Below are positions 1 to 10,096 of a stretch of 62,218 nt of DNA, piece after piece. Numbering within the stretch: position 1 is the stretch's first letter; each line of letters begins with the position of its first letter. The notes beneath the pieces were generated by a model, which saw only the letters and a list, made by a program, of their open reading frames with translations, did no database searches and was not told the DNA's origin. Origin of the DNA: Solirubrobacteraceae bacterium (GTDB lineage Bacteria > Actinomycetota > Thermoleophilia > Solirubrobacterales > Solirubrobacteraceae); the NCBI GenBank assembly GCA_036259975.1, contig DATAAR010000058.1, positions 1-62,218 of the forward strand. The letters are read 5' to 3'. The position numbers and the translations under genes were made by a program.

Positions 1-108
1 GGGCGGCGGGTCGACGATCGCCACGATCGCGCGCCACGGCCGGAGCGGCGCGAGCACCACCGGCACCGCCGCCGCGCACGCGCCGGCGAGGAGCCGCCGC
101 CGGCTCAT
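1..108 (-). CDS. partial CDS (N-terminus only, continues past the left edge) with a twin-arginine-type signal peptide
   Basis: The minus-strand ATG at 108 gives MSRRRLLAGACAAAVPVVLAPL..., an SRRxLL motif followed by a hydrophobic stretch. It lies 14 nt downstream of the GMC oxidoreductase stop on the same strand. Confidence 0.35.
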   Translation of the reverse strand, partial: MSRRRLLAGACAAAVPVVLAPLRPWRAIVAIVDPPP

Positions 109-122
109 CCGCACCGGCGAGC

Positions 123-1814
123 TCACGCGATCTCCCGATCGAGGTGGTGCCCGAGGCGCAGAGCGAGGGCGACCAGCGTCATCGTCGGCGTCCCGGCGCC
201 CGGCGTGGGGAACACGCTGCTGCCGGCGACATAGAGGTTGGCGACGCCGTGCACGCGGCAGTTGCGGTCGACGACCCCGTCGCGGGGATCGGCGCTCATG
301 CGGGTGGTGCCCATGTGGTGGTAGGCGCCTTGGAGGTCGTCCGGCCACGAGCGGTCGTCCTCGCCGACGAGCAGGCGCAGCCGCCCGAGCCCGGCGGCCC
401 CGACGGCGGCGCCGAGGAGCTCGAGACTGCGCACCACGCTGCGCCGGTCGATGGGGCTCAGCTTCCAGGTGAGCTTCGCGCGGCGCAGGCCGAGCGCGTC
501 GCGGTCGCCGGCCAGCGTCACCCGGCTGTCGGGCTCGGGCGCCGAGGCGATCCGCGTGATGACGTCGAGCCGCTGCACCGGGGCCGAGCCGACGAGCTTC
601 GTGTAGGCGAAGGCGGCGATGTCGCCGAGCACGCGCGGGACGAGCGCCTTGCGATCGTCCGGCGAGCCGAGCAGCTTGCCGGCGACTTCCGGATAGGGCA
701 CGGGCAGCGGCGCACCCGGGATCGTGAACGCGTGCCAGGTGCCGAGGTCGCCGGCGACCTTGCGGACGTCCTCCGCCAGGTCGCCGCTGGAGGGCTCGCC
801 CCCCAGCGCCTTGAGCGCGACTACGTCGGGGGCGTTCTTGACGTCCTGGAAGCCGCCCTCGAAGACCGGCCGGATGCCGATCTGGACGTCGACAAGCCGC
901 TCCTGCACCTGGCGGCGTTCGGCGACCGCGAGGTACCCCTCGATGTCGGCGCCCGCCGCGCCGTGGGTCGTGTAGAAACGGCTCTCGATGCTGCTGCGCG
1001 CCGGCACCACGACGGCGCCGCGGAAGCGCGGGTGCTCGAGGAAGCAGCGGCCGACCATGTCGTGGTCGTTGCCCAGGCCGCGCGGATGGCGGCGGTCGGA
1101 CAGCAGCAGCAGGCGCGCGTTCTCGATGCCCCCCGCGGCCAGGACGAACCACCGGGCGCGGACCGTGAACCGGTTGCCGCCGAGCGTGGCGGCGCGCGCG
1201 CGCGTGACCCGGCGACCGGTCTCGTCGGTCTCGAGCTCGGTGACGTTCGCGTAGAGGTAGCTCGTGACGTCGGGCGCACGCCGGACGTCCTCGCGGTACA
1301 GCTCCCCCCACCGCCGGTTCTTGGCCCGCACCAGCCTGCCGACGCGCGTCTGCACCCGGTCGCCGAGGTCGAAGGGCTCGAAGCGGCTGCGCCGCGCCCA
1401 CGATGCGAGATCCCACTCCATGTCGCGGATGCCGACGAGCTCTGCGGCGGCGCCGTAGTAGGGGTCGAGGTCGGCGCGGCCGATGGGCCAGCCCGAGCGC
1501 GGGACGCCGGGGCGCGCCCCGAAGTCCTCCGGCTCCATCGGCCGGCAGGTGCCGCCCCAGTGGCCGGTCGTGCCGCCGAAGTAGCGCAGCCGCGACGCCA
1601 GCAGCGCGAAGTACGGCAGGCCCGCGTTCGGGCCGTCGCAGAGCTGCTGGGTCTCGGCGTCGAGCTCGAAGCCGCCGCTCTCGAGCAGGACGACCCGCGT
1701 GCGCCGCCCGCTGAAGTGCTTGGCGAGCGTGATGCCCGCCGCGCCCGCGCCGACGACGCAAACGTCCGTTTGGATCTCCGTGCGCTCGGGGACGCGGCGC
1801 GCGTCAGCGAACAC
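123..1814 (-). CDS. GMC-family FAD-dependent oxidoreductase (choline/glucose dehydrogenase-like)
   Basis: 563 aa ORF. The N-terminus has the dinucleotide-binding motif VCVVGAGAAGITLA...LLESGG. The C-terminus has the GMC signature region HHMGTTRM...VDRNCRVHGVANLYVAGSSVFPT. Confidence 0.85.
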   Translation of the reverse strand: MFADARRVPERTEIQTDVCVVGAGAAGITLAKHFSGRRTRVVLLESGGFELDAETQQLCDGPNAGLPYFALLASRLRYFGGTTGHWGGTCRPMEPEDFGARPGVPRSGWPIGRADLDPYYGAAAELVGIRDMEWDLASWARRSRFEPFDLGDRVQTRVGRLVRAKNRRWGELYREDVRRAPDVTSYLYANVTELETDETGRRVTRARAATLGGNRFTVRARWFVLAAGGIENARLLLLSDRRHPRGLGNDHDMVGRCFLEHPRFRGAVVVPARSSIESRFYTTHGAAGADIEGYLAVAERRQVQERLVDVQIGIRPVFEGGFQDVKNAPDVVALKALGGEPSSGDLAEDVRKVAGDLGTWHAFTIPGAPLPVPYPEVAGKLLGSPDDRKALVPRVLGDIAAFAYTKLVGSAPVQRLDVITRIASAPEPDSRVTLAGDRDALGLRRAKLTWKLSPIDRRSVVRSLELLGAAVGAAGLGRLRLLVGEDDRSWPDDLQGAYHHMGTTRMSADPRDGVVDRNCRVHGVANLYVAGSSVFPTPGAGTPTMTLVALALRLGHHLDREIA

Positions 1815-2446
1815 CCTCGGCGTCCTCGTGAAGCGCCGGCCACGCCGCCGCCACCTTGCCGACGGCCGTTCCGGCGATGCGGTCGTGCAGGCCTCGGCCG
1901 GCGCGGTCCAGCGACGCGCTGATGAGCAGCGCGACGTACCACACGCCGGCGAGGAGCAGCGCCACCGCGGCCAGGCCGGGGACCGCGGCGCCGGCGAGCG
2001 CCGCGAGCGAGAACGGCGCCACCAGCGACGCCCAGCGGATCACGGCCTGGCGCGTACTGAGCCGCCCGCCATCCTGCGTGGCGACGCGGAGCGCGAGCAG
2101 GCGCTGGCCGGGCGTGCGGCCCGACCGCCGCCACGAGCCGGCGAAGTAGGCCAGTCCGAGCGCGCCCACGAGGAGCGCATCCACGACCGCCACCGCGCCG
2201 TCGACCTCCACCACGTCGCGGGTGCTCTCGGCGCTGGGATCGAGATCGACCGCGGGCCCGAGGACGATCGAGACCGCCAGCGCGACCACGAACGCGAGCG
2301 CGCTCAGCGCGACGGCGTCGGCAAGCAGCGCGGCGAGGCGGTCGGGCACGCCGGCGTAGCAGGGCGCCGCGCGCGGGCGCGCCGGCGAGCCGTCCAGCGT
2401 CGTCGTATCCGCCGTCGGAGTGCGGTCCGTCGTGGCGATGGGCAAC
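1804..2446 (-). CDS. RDD-family membrane protein
   Basis: This is the C-terminal part of the 471 aa track ORF. It has hydrophobic segments plus the RDD-type core GRTPGQRLLALRVATQDGGRLSTRQAVIRW. I chose the TTG at 2446 (LPIATTDRT...) as start. The upstream Arg/Pro-rich part of the ORF looks non-coding. The 3' end overlaps the GMC start by 11 nt. Confidence 0.65.
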
Positions 2447-2513
2447 GCTAGCGCGCCAGCGCCGCGCGCGTGAAGTCGACGACCGGAACAGACGTGGAGT
2501 GGGCCGTGCGCGG

Positions 2514-3292
2514 TCAGCCCGCGGCGTGGTGGCGCAGGAACGGCAGCAGAACGTCGGCCACCTCGGCCGGGCGCTCGAGCGCCGGCAGGTGCGCCGCGCC
2601 GGGGATCACGACGACCGGCCCCGCCTCGGGCAGCTCGTCCGCCAGCCGCGCCGCGAGGCGGTGGAAGTCCTCGACGTCGTCCTCCCCCACGACCACCAGG
2701 GCGGGGCAGCGGATCTCGCCCAGGCGGCGCGCGACCGGCGGGTCGAGCTCCTCGAAGGCCGCGTCGACGCCGTCCTGCGCCTCGAACGCCCGGCGGGTCA
2801 TCGCGGCCACGAGGTCTCGCGCCTGCGGGTCGACGCCGGTGCGGCCAGGCCGGTCGAGCCACATGCGGACGTTGATCGCGGTCGCCTCGTCGAGGTCGCC
2901 CGCCTCGGCGGCCGCGGTCTCGGCCTCGTCGAACGCCTCGAGCTCGACGGAGGGGTCGAACTCGTCGAGGACGGAGTCGAGCAGGGCGATCGCGCTCACG
3001 CGCCCGGGCGCGCGCAGCGCGAGCTCGAGCGTGACCCGGCCGCCGAACGAGGCGCCGACGACGGGCGCACGCTCGATGCCGAGGTCGTCGAGCAGCTCGA
3101 GGAGGTCGGCGGCGGGCGAGAACGTCTCGGGCGGCAGCGGCGAGCGGCCGAAGCCGCGCAGGTCGGGCGCGACCACGCGCCGGCCCGCGGCGACGAGGCG
3201 CTCGGCCAGCGGCTCCCACATCCGCGAGTCGGCGATCCCGGCGTGCACGAGCAGGACCGGCGGCCCGTCGCCGCGGATCTCGTGGTGCAGCC

Positions 3293-3296
<4 letters not shown>
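2514..3296 (-). CDS. alpha/beta-fold hydrolase
   Basis: 260 aa: PPVLLVHAGIADSRMWEPL...DLRGFGRS...VVGASFGGRV (nucleophile elbow GxSxG)...GAAHLPALERP. The GTG start at 3296 overlaps the rlmN stop (GTGA), which suggests translational coupling. Confidence 0.8.
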
Positions 3297-4270
<974 letters not shown>

Positions 4271-4295
4271 CCTCGTACACGGTAGCTTCGCCGTC

Positions 4296-5042
4296 GTGGA
4301 CCGGCCGACGATGCGCCTGGCCAAGCACCTCGCGCACGCGGGGGTGGCGTCGCGGCGCGCCGCGGAGGGGATCGTCGCCGCGGGTCGGGTGACTGTCGAC
4401 GGCGAGACGGTGACCGACCCCGCGCGGGGCGTGACGGGCGACGAGGAGATCGCGGTCGACGGCGAGGCGCTCGCGCGCGCCGCGCCGCAGCGGCTCGTGT
4501 ACGCCGTGCACAAGCCGGCCGGGGTCGTGTCGACCGCGCACGACCCGCACGGCCGGCCGACCGTGGTCGACCTCGTCCCCGAGGTGAGCACCCGCCTGTA
4601 CCCCGTCGGGCGGCTGGACGCCGACACGACGGGCCTGATCCTGCTCACGAACGACGGCGAGCTCGCCAACCGGCTCACCCATCCGCGTTACGAGGTGCCC
4701 AAGACGTACCGCGCCCGCGTGGCGCACGGGCCGGTCGGCGAGCGCGCGCTGCGCGTGCTTCGCGAGGGCGTCGACCTCGACGACGGGCGCACCGCGCCCG
4801 CGGCCGTGCACGCGCTCGGGCCGGGCGAGCTCGAGCTCACGATCCGCGAGGGCCGCAAGCGCCAGGTGCGCCGGATGCTCGACGCGGTGGGCCACCCGGT
4901 CCTGTCGCTGCGGCGGGTCGCGTTCGGGCCGCTGCGGCTCGGCGACCTCGCGCCCGGCGCGCACCGGCGGCTCACCGCGGCCGAGGTCGAGCGCCTGCGC
5001 GGAGCGCCGCGGTCGCGCGGCGGTCGGCCGCGCCGCGCGTGA
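4296..5042 (+). CDS. rluB: pseudouridine synthase, RsuA/RluB family, with N-terminal S4 domain
   Basis: MRLAKHLAHAGVASRRAAEGIV (S4 domain), HKPAGVVST, and the catalytic motif YPVGRLDADTTGLILLTNDGEL. The start is either GTG 4296 (7 nt after a TAGCTT box, leaderless-style) or ATG 4311. Confidence 0.85.
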   Translation: MDRPTMRLAKHLAHAGVASRRAAEGIVAAGRVTVDGETVTDPARGVTGDEEIAVDGEALARAAPQRLVYAVHKPAGVVSTAHDPHGRPTVVDLVPEVSTRLYPVGRLDADTTGLILLTNDGELANRLTHPRYEVPKTYRARVAHGPVGERALRVLREGVDLDDGRTAPAAVHALGPGELELTIREGRKRQVRRMLDAVGHPVLSLRRVAFGPLRLGDLAPGAHRRLTAAEVERLRGAPRSRGGRPRRA

Positions 5043-5057
5043 CATGATCCCGCGCCG

Positions 5058-5423
5058 ATGCGCCTCTTCGCCCTGCGCGGTGCCACCTCGGTCGACCGCA
5101 ACGAGCCCGACGCGATCCTCACCGCCACCGAGGCGCTCATGAAGGAGATCATGGAGCGCAACGCGCTCGGGCCCGACGCCGTCGTGAGCTGCATCTTCAC
5201 GCTGACCGACGACCTCGACGCCGAGTTCCCGGCCGTCGCCGCGCGCCGGCTCGGCTTCGACCGCGTGCCGTTGCTGTGCGCCCGCGAGGTCCCCGTGCCG
5301 GGCTCGCTGCCGAAGGTGATCCGCGTGCTGATCCACTACTACGCGGACCCCGAGCACCGCGCGCGCCACGTGTACCTCGGGGAGGCGCGGCGCCTGCGCT
5401 CGGATCTCGAGGCCGCGCAGTAG
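5058..5423 (+). CDS. aroH: chorismate mutase, AroH (monofunctional Bacillus-type) class
   Basis: 121 aa: MRLFALRGATSVDRNEPDAI...VSCIFTLTDDLDAEFPAVAAR...PLLCAREVPVPGSLPKVIRVLIHY. This is the typical AroH-fold sequence and length. Confidence 0.85.
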   Translation: MRLFALRGATSVDRNEPDAILTATEALMKEIMERNALGPDAVVSCIFTLTDDLDAEFPAVAARRLGFDRVPLLCAREVPVPGSLPKVIRVLIHYYADPEHRARHVYLGEARRLRSDLEAAQ

Positions 5424-5447
5424 CCGCCCGGCCGCCACAATAGGGCC

Positions 5448-6545
5448 ATGGCGATCGAGTTCTCCGAGCGCGTCCGGCGTATCCCCGCCTACCCCGCGGC
5501 CGACGCGTACGCGGTGCCCGACGACGTGGCGATGATGGCCTCCAACGAGTCACCCGACCCGCCGCTGCCGCAGGTCATCGACGCGATCACGCGCGTCCTC
5601 GGTGGCCTCAACCGCTATCCGGACCCGTCGAACTCGCGGCTGCGCCAGGCGCTGAGCGCGCGCTACGGCGTGCCGTCGCAGCGCATCGCGATCGGCAACG
5701 GCTCGGTCGAGATCCTCATGGCCGCCGGCGAGGCGCTGCTCGAGCCCGGCGCCGAGCTCGTCTACGCGTGGCCGTCGTTCTCGGTCTACCCGCACCTCGC
5801 GGCCGCGTCGGGCGCGACGGAGATCCGGGTGCCCCTCGACGGGGACGAGCGCCACGACCTCGAGGCGATGGCCCGCGAGATCACCGTCGCCACGCGGCTC
5901 GTCATCGTCTGCAATCCGAACAACCCGACGTCGACGGCGCTGCCGCACGACGAGATCGCGGCGTTCGTCGCCGACGTGCCCCGCCACGTCGCCGTGATCC
6001 TCGACGAGGCGTACTGCGAGTTCTCGACCCTCGACGATCCCGATGCGTCGCTGGACCTGCTCGCCAGGCACCCGAACCTCGTCCTGCTGCGCACGTTCTC
6101 GAAGGTGTACGGGCTGTGCGGGCTGCGCGTCGGGTTCGGGCTGTGCGGCTCGGAGGACTTCGTCCGCGCGGTCAACCAGGTCCGCCAGCCGTTCTTCTGC
6201 AACAGCGCCGCCCAGGCGGCGGCGATCGAGGCGCTGCGCCACCAGGACGCCGTCGCCGAGCGCGTCGAGCGGGCGGTCATCGCGCGTGTCGAGCTCGAGG
6301 AGGAGCTGCGCGCGATGGGCATCGAGCCCGCCGAGTCGCAGGCCAACTTCGCGTGGTTCGATCTGCCGGTCGCGGACGGCGAGGACGCCGCCGAGGTGGA
6401 GGCCGCAGTCGTGCGCGGGCTCGCCGAGCGTGGCGTGATCGTCCGCGCGGGCGGGGCGCTCGGCAAGCCCGGGGCGCTGCGGGTGACGTACGGGACCCCG
6501 GCCGAGAACCGGCGCTTCCTTGACGCGCTGCGCGACCTGATCTGA
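5448..6545 (+). CDS. hisC: histidinol-phosphate/aromatic aminotransferase (class II PLP aminotransferase)
   Basis: 365 aa: NESPDPPLPQV...RYPDP...NPNNPT...LRTFSKVYGLCGLRVGF (PLP lysine in SK). It sits next to aroH, so an aromatic aminotransferase role is plausible. Confidence 0.8.
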   Translation: MAIEFSERVRRIPAYPAADAYAVPDDVAMMASNESPDPPLPQVIDAITRVLGGLNRYPDPSNSRLRQALSARYGVPSQRIAIGNGSVEILMAAGEALLEPGAELVYAWPSFSVYPHLAAASGATEIRVPLDGDERHDLEAMAREITVATRLVIVCNPNNPTSTALPHDEIAAFVADVPRHVAVILDEAYCEFSTLDDPDASLDLLARHPNLVLLRTFSKVYGLCGLRVGFGLCGSEDFVRAVNQVRQPFFCNSAAQAAAIEALRHQDAVAERVERAVIARVELEEELRAMGIEPAESQANFAWFDLPVADGEDAAEVEAAVVRGLAERGVIVRAGGALGKPGALRVTYGTPAENRRFLDALRDLI

Positions 6546-6559
6546 GCGGCCGCCACTAC

Positions 6560-7570
6560 TCACTCCGTGAACAGCGCGGCGTATGCGCTCAGCGCCGGCT
6601 GCCCGCCGAGGTGCGCGTAGAGGACGTTCGCGTCGCGGTCGATCTCGCCCCGCGAGACGAGGTCGATGAGCCCGGCCATCGATTTCCCCTCGTAGACGGG
6701 ATCGGTGAGCATCCCCTCGAGGCGCCCGGCGAGGCGGATCGCCTCGAGCGTCTGCTCGTCGGGGATCCCGTACGTGCCCGCGTGGTAGCGGTCGTCGAGG
6801 AGGATCTCGTCGTCGCGCAGGTCGCGCCCAACCTCGATCAGCTGCGCCGTGCGGCGCGCGATCCGGGCGACCTGCTCCCACGTCTCGCGGGGCGTGGCCG
6901 AGCCGTCGATCCCGATGACGCGGCGCTCGCGCTCCTGCGCCGCGAAGCCCGCGATCATCCCGGCCTGCGTGCTGCCCGTGACCGAGCACACGATGATCGT
7001 GTCGAAGAAGACCCCGAGGTCGCGCTCTTGGGCCTCGACCTCGGCGGCCCAGCTGGCGAATCCAAGGCCGCCGAGCGGGTGATCGGAGGCGCCGGCCGGG
7101 ATCGCGTAGGGCTTGCCGCCGGTGGCCTCGACGTCGGCGAGCGCCTGCTCCCAGCTCTCCTTGAAGCCGATCCCGAACCCGGCCTTCACGAGCCGGACGT
7201 CGGCGCCCATGATGCGGCTGAGCTGGATGTTGCCGACGCGGTCGTAGACGACGTCGGGCCAGTCGACCCAGCTCTCCTGCACGAGCACGCACCCGAGGCC
7301 GAGCCGCGCCGCGACGGCGGCGACCTGGCGCGTGTGGTTGGACTGGACGCCGCCGATTGACACCAGCGTGTCGCAGCGGTTCTCGAGCGCGTCGGCGACG
7401 AGGTACTCGAGCTTGCGGGTCTTGTTGCCGCCGAACGCGAGGCCGCTGTTGCAGTCGTCGCGCTTGGCCCACACCGCCGCGCCTCCGAGGTGGGCCGTCA
7501 GCCGGTTGAGCCGGTGGACGGGGGAGGGGCCGAAGAGGAGCGGGTGGCGATCGAACGCGTCGAGGGTCAT
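6560..7570 (-). CDS. acdS: 1-aminocyclopropane-1-carboxylate (ACC) deaminase
   Basis: 336 aa from [17 protein letters not shown]. It is collinear with Pseudomonas AcdS as I recall it. Signature residues are retained: GGNKTRK (Lys51 equivalent), GGVQSN (Ser78), DPVYEGKS (Tyr294-Glu295), YAHLGG (Leu322). The 22 N-terminal codons of the track ORF are rejected. Confidence 0.85.
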   Translation of the reverse strand: MTLDAFDRHPLLFGPSPVHRLNRLTAHLGGAAVWAKRDDCNSGLAFGGNKTRKLEYLVADALENRCDTLVSIGGVQSNHTRQVAAVAARLGLGCVLVQESWVDWPDVVYDRVGNIQLSRIMGADVRLVKAGFGIGFKESWEQALADVEATGGKPYAIPAGASDHPLGGLGFASWAAEVEAQERDLGVFFDTIIVCSVTGSTQAGMIAGFAAQERERRVIGIDGSATPRETWEQVARIARRTAQLIEVGRDLRDDEILLDDRYHAGTYGIPDEQTLEAIRLAGRLEGMLTDPVYEGKSMAGLIDLVSRGEIDRDANVLYAHLGGQPALSAYAALFTE

Positions 7571-7705
7571 GGCGTGGATTCTCATCGACCCGTCGCGCGC
7601 CGGACGGGGACTCGCGCCCGGACCCGGCCCACCCACCCGCCAGCCGCGTCGGCGGCCTACGCCTCGGCGGGCATGAGCACGCAGAGCGCGACGTAGACGA
7701 GCGGC

Positions 7706-8662
7706 TCAGCCGGCGGCGGCCGGCAGGCCGCCCATCGGCGTCGCGTGGCGCACCGCGTTGAGCGTCGCGCGCTCGACCGCGTCGACGGCGAAGACGGCGA
7801 GCACCGTCAGCGCGTCGGCCGCGGGCGGCTCGCCGCCCCTGGTCGCGAGCGCGAACGCCGTGTCGCCGTCGAACATCGTGTGGGCGGGGCGGATGACGCG
7901 GGCCAGGCCGTCGTGGGCGACCGCGGCGACGTGGTTGGCCTGCTCGACCGTGAGCGCCGCGTCGGTCGCCACCACGGCGAGCGTCGTCTGCGCGCCGGGC
8001 GCCGGCGGTTCCACACCGCCGCGGATGAGCGCGACGCTGTCGGCGAACGCGCCGGTCTCCGGCTGGCGCGCACCGGCCACGATCGCGCCGGTGACCGGGT
8101 CGACGACGTCGCCGCCGGCGTTGACGACCACGAGCGCGCCGACCGTGCTGTCGCCGGCGCGCACGCTCGCGGTCCCGATGCCGCCCTTCGTGGCGTTGAC
8201 GGGCCCCAGCATCTTGCCCACGGTCGCGCCGGTGCCGGCGCCGACGCAGCCCTGCTCCGGCGGCGCCACGCTCGCGGCGGCGGCGGCGCGGCGGCCCGCC
8301 TCCAGGTCGGGCCACGCCGGCTTGCCGAGCCCGAGATCGAAGATGACGGCCGCGGGCACGATCGGCACGCGGGCGACCCAGGCGTCGAACCCGACGCCCT
8401 CGGCGGCGAGGTGGCGAGTGACGCCCGACGCCGCCTCGAGCCCGAACGCGCTGCCGCCGCAGAGGACGACCGCGTGCGCGCGCTCCACGAGCGTGCCGGG
8501 GCGGCACAGGTCGGTCTCGCGGGTGCCGGGCGCCGGGCCGCGCACGTCGACGCCCACGACGGCGCCCGCGCGGCACAGCACCGCGGTGCAGCCCGTGAGC
8601 GCCTCCGCGTCGGTGGCGTGCCCGACGTCGATGCCGGCGACGTCGGTGATCGCGTCGTGCAT
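7706..8662 (-). CDS. P1-family peptidase (DmpA/L-aminopeptidase, MEROPS S58-like)
   Basis: 318 aa: ITDVAGIDVGHATD...TGCTAVL...VDVRGPAPGTRETDL...LCGGSAFGLEAA...GAGTGATVGK...TTLAVVATDA. Confidence 0.8.
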   Translation of the reverse strand: MHDAITDVAGIDVGHATDAEALTGCTAVLCRAGAVVGVDVRGPAPGTRETDLCRPGTLVERAHAVVLCGGSAFGLEAASGVTRHLAAEGVGFDAWVARVPIVPAAVIFDLGLGKPAWPDLEAGRRAAAAASVAPPEQGCVGAGTGATVGKMLGPVNATKGGIGTASVRAGDSTVGALVVVNAGGDVVDPVTGAIVAGARQPETGAFADSVALIRGGVEPPAPGAQTTLAVVATDAALTVEQANHVAAVAHDGLARVIRPAHTMFDGDTAFALATRGGEPPAADALTVLAVFAVDAVERATLNAVRHATPMGGLPAAAG

Positions 8663-8825
8663 GCGGGGATGATCGCGGGCGGTCGCGTGCTGGTGACGTC
8701 CCGCGCAGGGCGCTGCGGTTGTCGCGCCCCCGCTCGGTGCCCGGGGCGGCGCTCTCGTGCACCGTGGCGCTCTGGGGCAACACGCCTAGCCAGGCGAGCC
8801 GCGGTCTGCCACAATGCCCCGCTCA

Positions 8826-8924
8826 ATGGGCCGAGAGCTCGACAGCGCCCCCACCGCAGCCAGCGCCGCGCTGTCCCGCTTCGCCTACGCCTACGCCTAT
8901 CCCTTCGCCTGGCGATTTAGCTAG
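8826..8924 (+). promoter_or_regulatory. candidate leader-peptide ORF (aromatic-codon run) of an attenuator upstream of aroF-tyrA-aroA
   Basis: Read directly: ATG 8826 ... TAG 8922-8924 encodes MGRELDSAPTAASAALSRFAYAYAYPFAWRFS. Seven aromatic codons sit at every second position (TTC TAC TAC TAT TTC TGG TTT). An 11-nt perfect complement, 8924-8934 with 8978-8988, begins at the stop codon. The leader region ends at the aroF ATG (9059). Confidence 0.5.
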
Positions 8925-9058
8925 GCGCTCGGCCGGCTCCGCACGTCCAGAAGCGAGCCGCCGCGACAGGGCCCTCGGGCCGAGCGCCGTCGTTCGGGCG
9001 ATGAACGCCCCCGCAGCTCACTCGTATCGTTCAAGGCGTAACCAGGAAGGCACTTCAG

Positions 9059-10096
9059 ATGATGATCGTGATGAAGCAGACGGCGACGGAGGACGAGGTC
9101 CGCGCCGTCATCGAGCGGATCGAATCCGCCGGCGCCCGCGCCCACCGCTCGAGCGGCGAGGAGGTGACGGTGATCGGCGCGATCGGCGACCGCGAGCACA
9201 TCGCGCGGCTGGAGCTCGAGGGCAACCCCGGCGTCGACCGCGTCGTCCCGATCCTCAAGCCGTACAAGCTCGCCTCGAGCCAGATCCGCCATGACCAGCC
9301 GAGCGTGCTCGAGATCGCGGGGCGCAAGATCGGCGGCGAGCACTTCGCGCTGATCGCCGGGCCGTGCACGGTCGAGTCGCGCGACCAGCTCCTGACCACG
9401 GCCCGCACCGTCCACGCCGCCGGCGTGACGATGCTGCGCGGCGGCGCGTACAAGCCCCGCACCAGCCCCTACGCCTTCCAGGGGCTCGGCACCGAGGGCC
9501 TGCGCCTGCTCGCCGAGGCCAAGGCCGAGACCGGACTGCCGATCGTCACCGAGCTCATGGACGCCCGCGACCTCGAGCCGGTCCTCGACGTCGCCGACGT
9601 CGTCCAGATCGGCGCGCGCAACATGCAGAACTACGCGCTGCTGTCCGAGGTGGGGCGCTCGAACACGCCGGTGCTCATCAAGCGCGGCCTGTCGAGCACG
9701 CTGGAGGAGCTGCTCATGGCCGCCGAGTACGTGCTCAAGGAGGGCAATCCGAACGTGATGCTCTGCGAGCGCGGCATCCGCACCTTCGAGACCGCGTACC
9801 GCTTCACGCTCGACCTCACCGCCGTGCCGGTGCTCAAGGAGCTCTCGCACCTGCCGGTCGTCGTCGATCCCAGCCACGCGCCGGGCCGGCGCTCGCTCGT
9901 CGAGCCGCTCAGCCTCGCCGCCGCGGCGGCGGGCGCCGACGGCATCATCGTCGAGGTGCACCCGCAGCCCGAGGAGGCGATCTGTGACGGGCCGCAGCAG
10001 CTGCGCACCGAGGGCTTCGCCGAGTACGCCCGCAAGGTCGAGGCGGCCGCCGCCGTCGCGGGCAAGACCGCGTTCCTCGCCGCGGCCGCGGCTTGA
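9059..10096 (+). CDS. aroF: 3-deoxy-7-phosphoheptulonate (DAHP) synthase, type I-beta with N-terminal regulatory ACT-like domain
   Basis: 345 aa. N-terminal [24 protein letters not shown]...VIGAIGD, then the KDO8P/DAHP I-beta core: GPCTVES...[20 protein letters not shown]...IGARNMQNY...KRG...VDPSHA. The SD AGGAAGG lies 8 nt upstream. Confidence 0.9.
   Translation: MMIVMKQTATEDEVRAVIERIESAGARAHRSSGEEVTVIGAIGDREHIARLELEGNPGVDRVVPILKPYKLASSQIRHDQPSVLEIAGRKIGGEHFALIAGPCTVESRDQLLTTARTVHAAGVTMLRGGAYKPRTSPYAFQGLGTEGLRLLAEAKAETGLPIVTELMDARDLEPVLDVADVVQIGARNMQNYALLSEVGRSNTPVLIKRGLSSTLEELLMAAEYVLKEGNPNVMLCERGIRTFETAYRFTLDLTAVPVLKELSHLPVVVDPSHAPGRRSLVEPLSLAAAAAGADGIIVEVHPQPEEAICDGPQQLRTEGFAEYARKVEAAAAVAGKTAFLAAAAA

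Noticed and set aside
7571-7636. N-terminal extensions in the track ORFs for acdS (22 codons, 7571-7636), rpmB (18 codons, 57117-57170), the GFA gene (24 codons) and the ParB-like gene (91 codons).
   Set aside because: Family alignments, as I recall them, begin at the internal Met in each case. The extensions are Arg/Pro/Gly-rich and overlap neighbouring features.
7745-9294. Track ORFs 7745-8920 (+) and 8719-9294 (+), which cross the aroF upstream region in the other two frames.
   Set aside because: The first is antisense to the peptidase gene. The second runs into aroF out of frame. Both are low-complexity. Only the third frame, with its in-frame ATG, yields the aromatic-rich peptide.
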